64,000 bases of DNA from Candidatus Nanoarchaeia archaeon (GTDB taxonomy: Archaea; Nanobdellota; Nanobdellia; Woesearchaeales; GW2011-AR9). The stretch lies in assembly GCA_035288985.1 (NCBI GenBank), contig DATDYP010000011.1, positions 7,673 through 71,672 on the forward strand, given 5' to 3'. Made by a program: the position numbers and the translations under genes. Every line of letters starts with the position of its first letter. Within the stretch, counting starts at the first letter, position 1. This document shows positions 9,132 to 18,685 of the stretch, in pieces. The notes beneath the pieces are model-generated. The model saw nothing but the letters and a program-made list of their open reading frames with translations. It was not told the DNA's origin and made no database searches.

Positions 9132-10610
9132 ATGAAGTATAAGGTTAAGGATATGGATATTGCTACCGGCGGCGCATTGGTGGCAATCCTTAACCAAAGT
9201 GATTCCCAGAAGCTTGATCTGCACTCCGGCGACCGCATCCTGGTCAAGCATAACCACCGCTTCATCACCTGCGTCTTAGACATCTCTGAAAGCAAGAAAG
9301 CCGTCCCGCCGGGAAGGATTGGCTTGTTTGAAGAAGTTCTTGATAAGCTGCATGTCAAGGATGGCATGATCGTCAAGCTGGGCTTCACCGGCAAGCCGGA
9401 ATCTGTTAAGCACATCCGTGATAAATTATTGGGAAAAGAACTCAATGCTAAGGAATTATACCATATTACAGATGATATTACACACGATCGGCTGACCGAT
9501 ATTGAGAAAACCTATTTCGTGGCCGCGTCCTTTACGCAGGGATTAAGCCTGAAAGAAGTTATCGGTTTGACGAAGGCGATGGTCAAAACAGGTAAGACGC
9601 TAAAATTCCCTGGAATTACGATCGACAAGCACTGTATCGGAGGAGTTCCGGGAAACAGGACGACGATGATCGTTGTGCCGATCGTTGCTGCCGCAGGGTA
9701 CACGATTCCAAAAACTAGCTCGCGGGCAATTACTTCACCTGCAGGAACTGCCGATACGATGGAATGCCTGGCTAGAGTGGAGATGTCGGAAGCAAAGATT
9801 AAACATGTTGTGCATAAAACAGGAGCATGCATTGCCCACGGCGGCTCTATCAATCTCGCTCCTGCCGATGACAAAATCATCGAAGTTGAACATCCTCTTT
9901 CCATCGATGCAGAAGGCCAGTTATTGGCATCCGTCATGGCTAAGAAACATTCCGTAAGCGCCAATCATGTGCTGATAGACATCCCCATGGGAAAACATGT
10001 AAAAGCGCGGAATCTGAAAGAAGCAAATCACCTTAAAAAAATGTTTCAGCTGATCGGCAAAAAATTAAACATGAATGTCAAGGTAGTCATTACCGACGGC
10101 TCCCATCCTATCGGCAACGGTATCGGCCCATTATTGGAAGCGAAAGATGTGATGGCCGTGTTGCGCAATGATCCTGCAGCTCCGCAAGACTTACGGGAAA
10201 AGTCATTGATGCTGGCAGGACAATTGCTGGAACTAGTCTGTGAATGCGAGAAAGGCCAAGGGCTGCAGGTGGCGCAGGAAATTTTAGAAAGCGGTAAAGC
10301 GCTGCATAAGATGAATGAGATCATTAAAGCTCAGGGAAAGCAAAAAATGCCAGAATTGGGAAAGAATCACCACCAAGTGCATAGTCAAAGATCAGGAAAG
10401 ATTGTTGAAATCGATAATGATGTCATCGCCAAGCTGGCAAGAATCGCCGGGGCTCCGAAAGATAAGGGTTCAGGGCTCTACATCTCCAGAAAGATCGGCG
10501 AGCATGTCAGAAAAGGAGACCTTCTTTATACCATCTATGCAGAAAACGGGTTTAAGCTAAGGCTGGCCTTGGAATTGCTGCAGAAAAATACAGGATATAT
10601 CATTCATTAA
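9132..10610 (+). CDS. deoA: AMP phosphorylase (archaeal thymidine-phosphorylase family)
   Basis: DKHCIGGVPGNRTT, PKTSSRAITSPAGTADTME, LAPADDKII and ARIAGAPKDKGSG, with the N-terminal extension typical of AMP phosphorylases. Confidence 0.92.
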   Translation: MKYKVKDMDIATGGALVAILNQSDSQKLDLHSGDRILVKHNHRFITCVLDISESKKAVPPGRIGLFEEVLDKLHVKDGMIVKLGFTGKPESVKHIRDKLLGKELNAKELYHITDDITHDRLTDIEKTYFVAASFTQGLSLKEVIGLTKAMVKTGKTLKFPGITIDKHCIGGVPGNRTTMIVVPIVAAAGYTIPKTSSRAITSPAGTADTMECLARVEMSEAKIKHVVHKTGACIAHGGSINLAPADDKIIEVEHPLSIDAEGQLLASVMAKKHSVSANHVLIDIPMGKHVKARNLKEANHLKKMFQLIGKKLNMNVKVVITDGSHPIGNGIGPLLEAKDVMAVLRNDPAAPQDLREKSLMLAGQLLELVCECEKGQGLQVAQEILESGKALHKMNEIIKAQGKQKMPELGKNHHQVHSQRSGKIVEIDNDVIAKLARIAGAPKDKGSGLYISRKIGEHVRKGDLLYTIYAENGFKLRLALELLQKNTGYIIH

Positions 10611-10650
10611 ATTCTATTTAACTTGATTGATTCTAACTAGATTGGTTTAT

Positions 10651-10763
10651 AGCAAGTCTGGTTAGTTAAGGAACAATCAAATTGTTCATTGAATGAAATT
10701 TAGCGACCAGACTTGCTTATTAGAAAATCTGGGTCAAAGATCATTTATTTTCCAGATTTTCTA
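10651..10763. terminator. Two hairpins between convergent genes
   Basis: AGCAAGTCTGGT(10651-10662)/ACCAGACTTGCT(10706-10717) enclosing GAACAAT/ATTGTTC; TAGAAAATCTGG(10721-10732)/CCAGATTTTCTA(10752-10763). Confidence 0.5.
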
Positions 10764-12998
10764 TAGTTGAGGATCTGAGGTGCTGGAGCTCGGTGATGCT
10801 ACTTCTGAACTCCTCCTTCTGTTTCGCCGCGCTTTTTGCCGCAGCAAGCTCTTTTTTCTTTTCGTAGTTTTCTTCTCAGAGTCAGCCATGCTTGTCTGCT
10901 GGGACTGTACTGATGGTATTTGGACGTCTTCCTGCACAGACGATTCCTCCTGCGTATCGGGCTTGCTGGTGTCCCATTGGATGTGCAGCCGAGGAAGTTT
11001 CCAGGATCTAGTTTCAACTGCTACTGACTGAGTAGAGGTTTGCTTAACTTGCTGTTCCCGCACCGCTTCCTGCAATGACTGGCTGTTGGAGAGAAGACCG
11101 ATCATCTCTTCTCTTGTTGCTGCTTTCTTCATTCTACGTGCCAGCTTCACATCCCTAAAGGCATCCTTGAGCCAGAGGGCAATTTCGTTGCCGCCCTTGT
11201 TCACATAAATGCCAAAATCTTCTTCACTGATTTTCTTGAGGGCCCGCAGCAGCTCCTCCTTATTCTTGATCAGCGTCCCGTCCTGCAGGCGGAAGCAGTT
11301 GTCTTTCGTAACATGGGGCTTTCGCAGGACATTCCTATTTGCTGAGCCTTCAAAGAACCAGGTGGAAGAGAGCTTTTGGAACACAACTACTAACAGCGCG
11401 GTAACAAGCACATAGGCACCCAGCAAGGCTAGGCTCTTGCTCAATCCGCTGAAGCCAACATTAAATAAAACAGATTCCTTAATCAGTTCTGCGCTGAGCA
11501 TATAAGGTGTAGAGGAAATGACAGTCCTGATGATCTTAGGGAAACTCTCTACTGGCAGGATCACGTTTGATAAAAACAGGAATAAACTGCCGACCGAAAT
11601 CGAAGCGATAGTCGTCCCTTCCTGGCTTTTGAACAGATGCCCTATCAATGTTCCAAGAAGCACGAAGAAACTGACGCTTAAGAATAAAATGACGACAGTG
11701 ACAATAATGTTTTCCAATAGCGCAATCTTGAGATAATAGAGTGCGGCAGTCAGGATTACCGCCAGCTGCGAAAAGAGGATGGTAATGTTGGTCAGGTATC
11801 CTCCTAAGAGATGGTGCATGCCGCTGGTAGGTGCAGTAAAGGTCTTGAAGAAGGCCCGTGATTTTTTCTCCATCACTACCAAAGTGCTGGCAAGCATGAT
11901 TCCTACAAAAAGAATGATCAAAGTCAGGAAATAAGGAAACATGAAGATCGACCTGTTTGTGGAAGAGAGGATCGGATTTACAGAAACCTCCACGGGGCTG
12001 ACGATACTGGCAGCTGAGGTGATTTTTAAGCTGTCAATCTTGTCCTTAGTAGCCTGGATGCTTCCTTCCACTTCGCTTATTTTTAATTCGATGCTGCCGA
12101 CTTCTCCTTGAACACTATTAGCATTATCGGTAATGACAGCGATATTCTCACTTGTTGAGCTTATTTTTTTGTTAACGTCATCCAGCACGCCTTGCAGGGC
12201 AGTGGTGGCATTGTTAATGTTATAAGTCTCATTCTTTGATACAGTCTTGAGGCTGACATAGCTTTTCTTCAGATCTGAAGAGGCATCTTCTGAACTATCG
12301 AGATACTCATCCAAATCCTCCAGCAACTGCTCTGTTTCATTCTTAAGCGTTTCTGTCGAGTTATCTATTGATTTAACAGTATTCTTGGCTATAGACAGCC
12401 CTGCTGTTGCATCGCCTAAGCTGCTTTCTTCGCTTTTAGATTTGATTTCCTTTGTTTTTGATTCGACAGAATCGACTTTTGCCTTGATCTCGCCCAATGC
12501 TGCTGTCTCCTGGGCAAGCTGGTCAGCGGTGAGATCAACAGTATCTACCAAGCCTTGAGTGAGTGATAAGGTAATCTCCTCAGATTTGATGCCCACAGTT
12601 GAGGAGAGCGAGGAAATAATGGATTCAACAAGATTCATCCGTGACTGGTCTACATAAAACTCGATGGTATTGACCTTATCATTTTCAAGGACAAAATTTT
12701 CCGGAAGCTTGAGGCAGATATTTGCATTTCCCATGTGGATCTGCTTCTCGCACTCCTCAACACCACCATAATAAGAGATGGCATAGCCGCTGTCATGCAG
12801 CTGGGTAATGAATTGGTCGGTAAGTTCGCCTTCTCCGGCTGCAATTACCCCTACTGTTAGGCTGTACTCCTGCGCATTGGATAAAGCAAGAGCAATAAGG
12901 GCAACAAGCAGCAGCGGTCCTACCACTACGACAAAGGCTGATGATTTAGTCCTGAGCAGGATCTTAAAGTTCTTGACAATAATGTTCCATAATTTCAT
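10761..12998 (-). CDS. ABC-2 type transporter permease with extracellular coiled coil and C-terminal DUF5752-like domain
   Basis: N-terminal TM, coiled coil, C-terminal TM bundle; CFRLQDGTLIKN...HVN-like segment (YVNKGGNEIALWLKDAF) resembles DUF5752; long low-complexity tail. Confidence 0.8.
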   Translation of the reverse strand: MKLWNIIVKNFKILLRTKSSAFVVVVGPLLLVALIALALSNAQEYSLTVGVIAAGEGELTDQFITQLHDSGYAISYYGGVEECEKQIHMGNANICLKLPENFVLENDKVNTIEFYVDQSRMNLVESIISSLSSTVGIKSEEITLSLTQGLVDTVDLTADQLAQETAALGEIKAKVDSVESKTKEIKSKSEESSLGDATAGLSIAKNTVKSIDNSTETLKNETEQLLEDLDEYLDSSEDASSDLKKSYVSLKTVSKNETYNINNATTALQGVLDDVNKKISSTSENIAVITDNANSVQGEVGSIELKISEVEGSIQATKDKIDSLKITSAASIVSPVEVSVNPILSSTNRSIFMFPYFLTLIILFVGIMLASTLVVMEKKSRAFFKTFTAPTSGMHHLLGGYLTNITILFSQLAVILTAALYYLKIALLENIIVTVVILFLSVSFFVLLGTLIGHLFKSQEGTTIASISVGSLFLFLSNVILPVESFPKIIRTVISSTPYMLSAELIKESVLFNVGFSGLSKSLALLGAYVLVTALLVVVFQKLSSTWFFEGSANRNVLRKPHVTKDNCFRLQDGTLIKNKEELLRALKKISEEDFGIYVNKGGNEIALWLKDAFRDVKLARRMKKAATREEMIGLLSNSQSLQEAVREQQVKQTSTQSVAVETRSWKLPRLHIQWDTSKPDTQEESSVQEDVQIPSVQSQQTSMADSEKKTTKRKKSLLRQKARRNRRRSSEVASPSSSTSDPQL

Positions 12999-14038
12999 TT
13001 TCGTTTTCTTTTCTTTCCTTTTTTCTGTTTTCTTTTCTTTTCGCCCTCTTCTAGTTCTTCAGTTATCTTCTTAAAGACATGATCAAGACTCGGCTTTACT
13101 GATTCTATATTTATCAGTTTCTCACCAACAGCATTAACTGCCCTGATCAGAGCAGGCAGCACTTCACCGGCTCTTTTTGTGTGCAGCACCAACATTTTAT
13201 CCTTGATCTCAACCTGTTTTATGTCCGAACCGACTTCTCCTGAGCGTTTCAGCTCCGCAACAATGTGTTTATAATCACCCGGAGAGGATCGCAGGTAAAT
13301 TTGTTCATGGCAGGCATTATGTAACTTGATTTCAGATGGTTTTCCCAAAGCTGCGATCCTGGCGTCTTTGATGATCGCTATCCGCGTGCAGGCACTTTCA
13401 ATATGGGACAGCTCATGGCTAGCAACGATAACAGTCGTGCCTCGCTGGTTAATCACCGTCAGCAGTTCCCAGATCCTGCTGCTTAAGATTGGATCCAGAT
13501 CTGCCGTGGGCTCGTCCAGGATTAGAATTTTAGGATCATGGATCAACGAACAAGCGATATCCAACCGCCGCTGCATACCACCCGATAGTTTTGCCGCTAA
13601 AGTATGCTGGGCGTGAGTAAGATCCATCAAGCCGAGCAGCTGCTCCGCATTAGACAGCGCGGACTCTTTAGAGAGATTGTATAAGGCGCCGAAATACAAA
13701 AGGTTCTCGAGAACTGTCAAGCTGGGATAGAAACTAGGGCTTTGTGAGGCAAAGCCGTACAGCTTTTTAAGATCGCTTTGTTTTTTAAATACAGAAACAA
13801 AGGGGTCTTTGCTGCTCTCAGGAAGGTAGCTATCCCTGAACTTGATATCTCCTTTTTCGGGCTTGATAAAACCTACCAAGAGGTTCAGGAGAGTGCTTTT
13901 TCCCGACCCGCTTCCTCCGATAATGCCAAAAATTTCTCCTTCATGAATAGAAAAACTAACATCATTGAAGACGTAATTATTTCCGAAGACCTTTGAAATA
14001 CCTTCTATAAGGTACATTTCCTTGCCAGAGGCAGTCAT
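12995..14038 (-). CDS. ABC transporter ATP-binding protein
   Basis: GGSGSGKST Walker A, LSGGMQRR signature, ILDEPT Walker B, SH switch. Confidence 0.93.
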   Translation of the reverse strand: MTASGKEMYLIEGISKVFGNNYVFNDVSFSIHEGEIFGIIGGSGSGKSTLLNLLVGFIKPEKGDIKFRDSYLPESSKDPFVSVFKKQSDLKKLYGFASQSPSFYPSLTVLENLLYFGALYNLSKESALSNAEQLLGLMDLTHAQHTLAAKLSGGMQRRLDIACSLIHDPKILILDEPTADLDPILSSRIWELLTVINQRGTTVIVASHELSHIESACTRIAIIKDARIAALGKPSEIKLHNACHEQIYLRSSPGDYKHIVAELKRSGEVGSDIKQVEIKDKMLVLHTKRAGEVLPALIRAVNAVGEKLINIESVKPSLDHVFKKITEELEEGEKKRKQKKGKKRKRK

Positions 14039-14112
14039 GGCCAGAAAGTGGCAAGAGTCTTTTTAAATTAATTGTACCACTAGTGGGTACTAACGCAGTT
14101 ATTTTGAAGGTC

Positions 14113-14553
14113 TTAGGCTCCCAAACCAGTACTGCCAAAGCCGCCTCGGTCATTATTTCTTGCTTCCTCAACTTCTTCAAAATCGGCGCGTTCAAATTTG
14201 ACAAAAACCCCTTGGGCGATCCTGTCCCCTCTCGTGATAGTGATCTCCTGATCGGTCATGTTGTATAATGAAATCATGATCTCGTCATTCGGACCGCAGA
14301 AATCGCTGTCAATCAGCCCGACGCTGTTAGCCAGAAAGATTCCTGGATAATTTTTGGCCAGGCTGCTGCGGGCCATGACCTTAAGCGCATATCCTGGCGG
14401 TGTCTGGATGATCGTATTTGCCGGCGCCTTTGCCCATCCTTTGGCTGGGATGATGGTGGTTTCACGGACATAAAAATCAAACCCGGCCGCGCCTTGTGTT
14501 TTATATTGCGGTACGGGAAGTGTTTTGTCAACTCGTAGTATTCGCACTTTCAT
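14113..14553 (-). CDS. dut: dUTP diphosphatase
   Basis: AAGFDF, RSS, GLIDSDF, GDRIAQ and RGGFGSTG motifs. Confidence 0.95.
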   Translation of the reverse strand: MKVRILRVDKTLPVPQYKTQGAAGFDFYVRETTIIPAKGWAKAPANTIIQTPPGYALKVMARSSLAKNYPGIFLANSVGLIDSDFCGPNDEIMISLYNMTDQEITITRGDRIAQGVFVKFERADFEEVEEARNNDRGGFGSTGLGA

Positions 14554-14644
14554 AGTTTTACGAGCGAGGTGTGTTTTTTAATGATTGTTGTTCTTTAAAA
14601 GTGGGATGAAGTTTTTTATTTTGAGAATCATCTTTAGGCTTTTC

Positions 14645-15379
14645 TCACAACTTCCTGCAAAAGGTCAAGAAACCAGTATGTCCGAGCATCTGAAATTCAG
14701 GGCGCATGGTCTTCTCAGTAATATTCCACTTACGTTCAATCAGTTCGAGTGTTTCCTGTACGCTGATAGAGGTGCCTTTTGTTGAATCAATGAATTGTTT
14801 AACTTGATTTAAGTTAGGAAGATAGACTACCAGATAAGCCCCCTCTTTCAACGCTTTCTCTGCATGTCTTGTAACCTGCCATGGTTCCGGCAAGTCTAAG
14901 GTAACTAAATCCAGATCCTTCTCTTTGATGCCTTTATAGACATTATCCCGCTTTAAGATTATATTGGTCAGACCAAAGGCTTTAGCATTCTTCTGGATGA
15001 TCTCAACATTCTCCGGACTTATTTCGTACACTGTAACTTCCTTGCAGATGTTGGCTACGGACAGGCATAGTGATCCGGAACCGCCGCCGGCATCGAGAAC
15101 CTTAGAGTGCTTGTTTATTCCGGTCTTGGCGATAATCAGGCCTATATCTTTCTGCAGGATGATCTGCGGCCCACGTTTTAGATTTTCCCATAAATCAGGG
15201 AAGGTTGGATGTACCAGCAGGAAGGTTTGACCCTGGCTTGATTTCACTGTAGCACTCTTGCCTTTGAGATCCTTGCTTTTGATGATTCCGGAAGAAGTAT
15301 GAAAATCTTCGTCCAGATCTTTCACAAAAAACTTTTTTCCAGTCTTAGCTTCGATAAGAATTTTTTGGACAGTTCGCAT
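14645..15379 (-). CDS. trmI: tRNA (adenine-57/58-N1) methyltransferase TrmI/Gcd14
   Basis: RGPQIILQKD, DAGGGSGSL, LDLPEPW, YLP and GHTGFL motifs. Confidence 0.9.
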   Translation of the reverse strand: MRTVQKILIEAKTGKKFFVKDLDEDFHTSSGIIKSKDLKGKSATVKSSQGQTFLLVHPTFPDLWENLKRGPQIILQKDIGLIIAKTGINKHSKVLDAGGGSGSLCLSVANICKEVTVYEISPENVEIIQKNAKAFGLTNIILKRDNVYKGIKEKDLDLVTLDLPEPWQVTRHAEKALKEGAYLVVYLPNLNQVKQFIDSTKGTSISVQETLELIERKWNITEKTMRPEFQMLGHTGFLTFCRKL

Positions 15380-15447
15380 GGGCTTTGAAAGAGGCAGCTC
15401 TTTTTAAAATTTGTCTATAACCTAGCCTAGTAGGAATCTGCACTACC

Positions 15448-15843
15448 TTACAACAACGGCAATTGAAGAAATGAAAACCGCTCAGGAATACGCTGCGGCC
15501 CTATAACTCCATTTCTGCGAATATAATCGGTAAGGCTTGGATCGTTTCTGTAATAAAACCAGGCCCACCAGTTTATCTGGTCCTCGCTGTGCCGGGTATG
15601 CAGATCCAAGTCCATAACAAGGTATTCAAACGCATGCAGCCATTCATGATTGATAGCGTGGTCTTCAAGTCTTTTCCCTTCCAGTCGTGTTGCAGGGTTA
15701 ATGCCGATAAGCTTTAAGTCGGGAAGCCATTCTGAGGGAGGATCGCATGACAGCATGGAATAATCATAAAACATCCTGACTCCTTCTCCCACGAGATAAT
15801 CGACCCAGTGGCGGTTGAAATCCCGCAGAGATAAGATCGCCAT
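15448..15843 (-). CDS. Hypothetical protein with HExxH zincin-like motif
   Basis: IGINP...AINHEWLHAFE; start placed at MAILSL. Confidence 0.55.
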   Translation of the reverse strand: MAILSLRDFNRHWVDYLVGEGVRMFYDYSMLSCDPPSEWLPDLKLIGINPATRLEGKRLEDHAINHEWLHAFEYLVMDLDLHTRHSEDQINWWAWFYYRNDPSLTDYIRRNGVIGPQRIPERFSFLQLPLL

Positions 15844-15897
15844 TGATGAGAAAAATGCATCAAAAAATATAAATGTACCGTCAAAAACCAGCAAAAT

Positions 15898-16587
15898 ATG
15901 ACCTTTATGAACAATAAAAAAACCTTCCTGGCTAAAGTAGACCAAAGCAAGAAGGGAAGTATAGATGCACGGGTAACTCCACTACTTGACACCATTAACA
16001 AGAAAGCAGATTACTACACTACCTCTTCCTGTTCGGGCCGGGTCTATCTCTGGAAAGGAACAGAGAAGAAATCAGAAATGGAATGGCTGAGAGTAAGCCA
16101 TGATCTTATTGACGAGGATTTTGTCAAAATAGGACTGGGCGGACCATCGGTCAATAGACCGATGGCATGTTCGCTTTCGCTCACCGCCCAGCCTAATTTT
16201 GAACACGCAAGTATTCCACAAATAATTAGTGGTTTGCTTGCAAACCACCATTCACTAGAATGGTGGAATACTCCGCGTTTTAATATTGAAAAATCAGGAG
16301 TGGTATGGCTTCGCTTGGAGCCATTCATCCTTCACGTGGCCTGTAAAGACTTGGAGTGCGCCAGTGCTTTCCTTGAAAAAGCGCGAAGAGTCTACAAGAA
16401 AAGCTCCCTGCTCAGCACGGGCAGCAAAATCATGGTGGAAGTGCGAGGCTCTGAATTTATCGAGATGCCGTTGTACAAGGATGGCAAACTTCTTTTTTGT
16501 GGTGATAAAGAATGGTTGAGAAAGATGATCAATACTAAATTACAGAAAATATGGGCTGGAACGGCTACGTTTGCAAAGAATATCTAA
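15898..16587 (+). CDS. taw3: tRNA wyosine-pathway methyltransferase Taw3/Tyw3, with an in-frame ~53-codon palindromic insertion
   Basis: DQSKKGSID, YYTTSSCSGRV, WLRVSH and EPFILHVAC motifs; extra segment VKIGLGG...NTPRF between SH and WLRLEP. Confidence 0.88.
   Translation: MTFMNNKKTFLAKVDQSKKGSIDARVTPLLDTINKKADYYTTSSCSGRVYLWKGTEKKSEMEWLRVSHDLIDEDFVKIGLGGPSVNRPMACSLSLTAQPNFEHASIPQIISGLLANHHSLEWWNTPRFNIEKSGVVWLRLEPFILHVACKDLECASAFLEKARRVYKKSSLLSTGSKIMVEVRGSEFIEMPLYKDGKLLFCGDKEWLRKMINTKLQKIWAGTATFAKNI
16123..16281. repeat. Double branched-hairpin cassette inside taw3
   Basis: TCAAAAT/ATTTTGA, CTGGGCGG/CCGCCCAG and CCATCGGTC/GACCGATGG; then AGTATTCCAC/GTGGAATACT, GTGGTTTGC/GCAAACCAC and CATTC/GAATG. 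Exact boundaries are inferred. Confidence 0.8.
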
Positions 16588-16639
16588 TAACAGCCATCAA
16601 AGAAAATAAAGATAAATAAAATATAAAAAAAAGGATTAA

Positions 16640-18637
16640 TTACCTTTTCTTCTTTACCAAAACAGCAAAAGTCAGCACTGCTGCAACGAAGGCAAGGATG
16701 ACCAGCACGCCCAGGAAGACTACATACTCATCACTTTCCCGGAAGGAAGCCTTAGCAGTCTTGGCAGTCTCTTTGGAGAGTACATAACTTTCCAGCTTCT
16801 GCTGCAGTTCTGCCTTCAGCGCATCATAATCCTGTTCGGTCTCGCTCTTACTGGTAACAGCAGAAGCGCAGCCTTTAACTTCCAGCTCAACATCTTCTGT
16901 CGCTTCCAACTCGCCGTCCCTGTACACTTCCACTGTCAGAAGGTGTTTGCCTTCTGCAGCTTCAGTAAGCAGGATCTGGAATGATTTAGAGTATTCAGTA
17001 TCATCTCCTGAATATTTGTCCAGTTCGATATCGGATTTTACAAGGTTGATTGCAAGATCATCGTTTCGTACCTTTATTTCAAGATCATCTTCATCGCTCT
17101 TGCCAACATTCTTAATCTCGACATCAAGGGTAAGCTGCTTAGTGGCTGAACATTGCAGCAAGGTTGAGGAAAGTTCTGCCTGAGTGATGATGACCTGATG
17201 TTTTTCCCGTTCAACATTCAGAGTGTACTTTTCTACTGTTATATGAACTGTGCCGTCATCAGCTTCGCCTTCAACAGTAACTTCAAGGACATATTCTTCC
17301 TCGTCAAGATCTTCTCCTTGTAAGTCAAACTCGAAAGTTTCTTCCTGCTCATCGCCGTCTTTCAGCTCAAATTCGTCGCTTTCCTCTTCTAAGTCATCAC
17401 CGTCAACATCAAGAAGCTCAACAGTGATAGTAACATCATCCATGTCTTCAGTGTATTCGTTCTTAACTTCAACAGTAACGTCGTTGACATCTTCAAGTGA
17501 AAGGTCGCCTGTTGTTTTGCCATTGACTTTTACTTTTGTAATGTCGAGAAAACTCTTCGGCAGCACATAGATTTGAGCTTCTTTCGTCACAGGCTGGTTA
17601 TCTTCATTTGTTCCCATTACTTTGAAAGTGCCAATGCTGTGTTTATTGGTATCTTCATCATCAGGTACTTTGATCTGAAGAGTTACCGAAGCCGGTTCAC
17701 CGGGAGAAAGCACTAGCTCATCTCCAGACAATCCTTCGGTAATCAGCGCCGCGTACTTGCTATTAACGTCGACAAGTTGGACGCTTACATTGCTTAACGT
17801 TTCTACCGTGCCGTTATTCTTGAACGTAAAAGTAGTTAGTACAGTCTTGCCTCGCAGGACATCGTTGAAAAGGATTTCTGAGATTTCGAAATCAGCAGCT
17901 TCGACAACTTGGTATGTTGAAAATCCTGCAACAGTGAAGACAAATTTTCCGTTTCCGTTACTGACAACCGTACATCCTACAGTACACTTTTCAAAATCCT
18001 CGTCATTTCCAGATTTCAGAATGACAGGCTTTTGGTATGTTTTCTTGACTGTAACTTTTCCACCCAGTTCTAGATGGCTGTCTGTCGGCAAGTCACCAGA
18101 ATCTACGGAAACTTTTCCATCTTCTATTGAAACATAATCAACAAGTTTCAGAATCTCTGAAAGATCAACTTTGCCATTCATTCCCGTGAATTCTATTGTG
18201 CCAAAGCTGTTTTCAAGCACGAAGTTTTCAACCTGTGTTGGGTCAGCAACAGTATCAAGGGCGGTAGTTCCAGCACCTGGGAATTGGCTTATGTCAACAG
18301 GCCTGTCGGCAACGTGAACATTCCATGATTTGGTTAGTTCAGAATCATCATTTACTGTTACTTTTATTACATAATCGTCTGCTTCATTGGAAGGAGCGTC
18401 GAATATGTACGAATCGCTATCCATACCTACATCATCGCCATCCAGAGACCATTGGTAGCTAATCATAACATCATCAGGATTATTCATCGTTACACTAAAT
18501 GTCTGGGAATCGCCATCTTTCATTACAAAAGGGCTTTCAGGGGCAGTTTCATCAAAGGTTAGTGCCAGCGCACTGCCGACAGTTATCAATAACGCCAATA
18601 CAAAGGCGATTACAAGTCCAAGTTTTTTTGTTTCCAT
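16640..18637 (-). CDS. Acidic cell-surface (S-layer-like) protein with Ig/CARDB-like domains and C-terminal TM anchor
   Basis: Signal peptide, beta-rich acidic repeats (VEIKNVGKSDEDD), C-terminal TM followed by KKKR. Confidence 0.75.
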   Translation of the reverse strand: METKKLGLVIAFVLALLITVGSALALTFDETAPESPFVMKDGDSQTFSVTMNNPDDVMISYQWSLDGDDVGMDSDSYIFDAPSNEADDYVIKVTVNDDSELTKSWNVHVADRPVDISQFPGAGTTALDTVADPTQVENFVLENSFGTIEFTGMNGKVDLSEILKLVDYVSIEDGKVSVDSGDLPTDSHLELGGKVTVKKTYQKPVILKSGNDEDFEKCTVGCTVVSNGNGKFVFTVAGFSTYQVVEAADFEISEILFNDVLRGKTVLTTFTFKNNGTVETLSNVSVQLVDVNSKYAALITEGLSGDELVLSPGEPASVTLQIKVPDDEDTNKHSIGTFKVMGTNEDNQPVTKEAQIYVLPKSFLDITKVKVNGKTTGDLSLEDVNDVTVEVKNEYTEDMDDVTITVELLDVDGDDLEEESDEFELKDGDEQEETFEFDLQGEDLDEEEYVLEVTVEGEADDGTVHITVEKYTLNVEREKHQVIITQAELSSTLLQCSATKQLTLDVEIKNVGKSDEDDLEIKVRNDDLAINLVKSDIELDKYSGDDTEYSKSFQILLTEAAEGKHLLTVEVYRDGELEATEDVELEVKGCASAVTSKSETEQDYDALKAELQQKLESYVLSKETAKTAKASFRESDEYVVFLGVLVILAFVAAVLTFAVLVKKKR

Positions 18638-18685
18638 TTTGTCTACCTCAATAGTAAACATCCTACCACCAAGTATTAATCTAAT

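Noticed and set aside
16110..16300. Canonical BHB mRNA intron in taw3
   Set aside because: No 4-bp helix flanked by two 3-nt bulges with outer helices could be built at the junctions by hand; splicing is kept only as an untested alternative.
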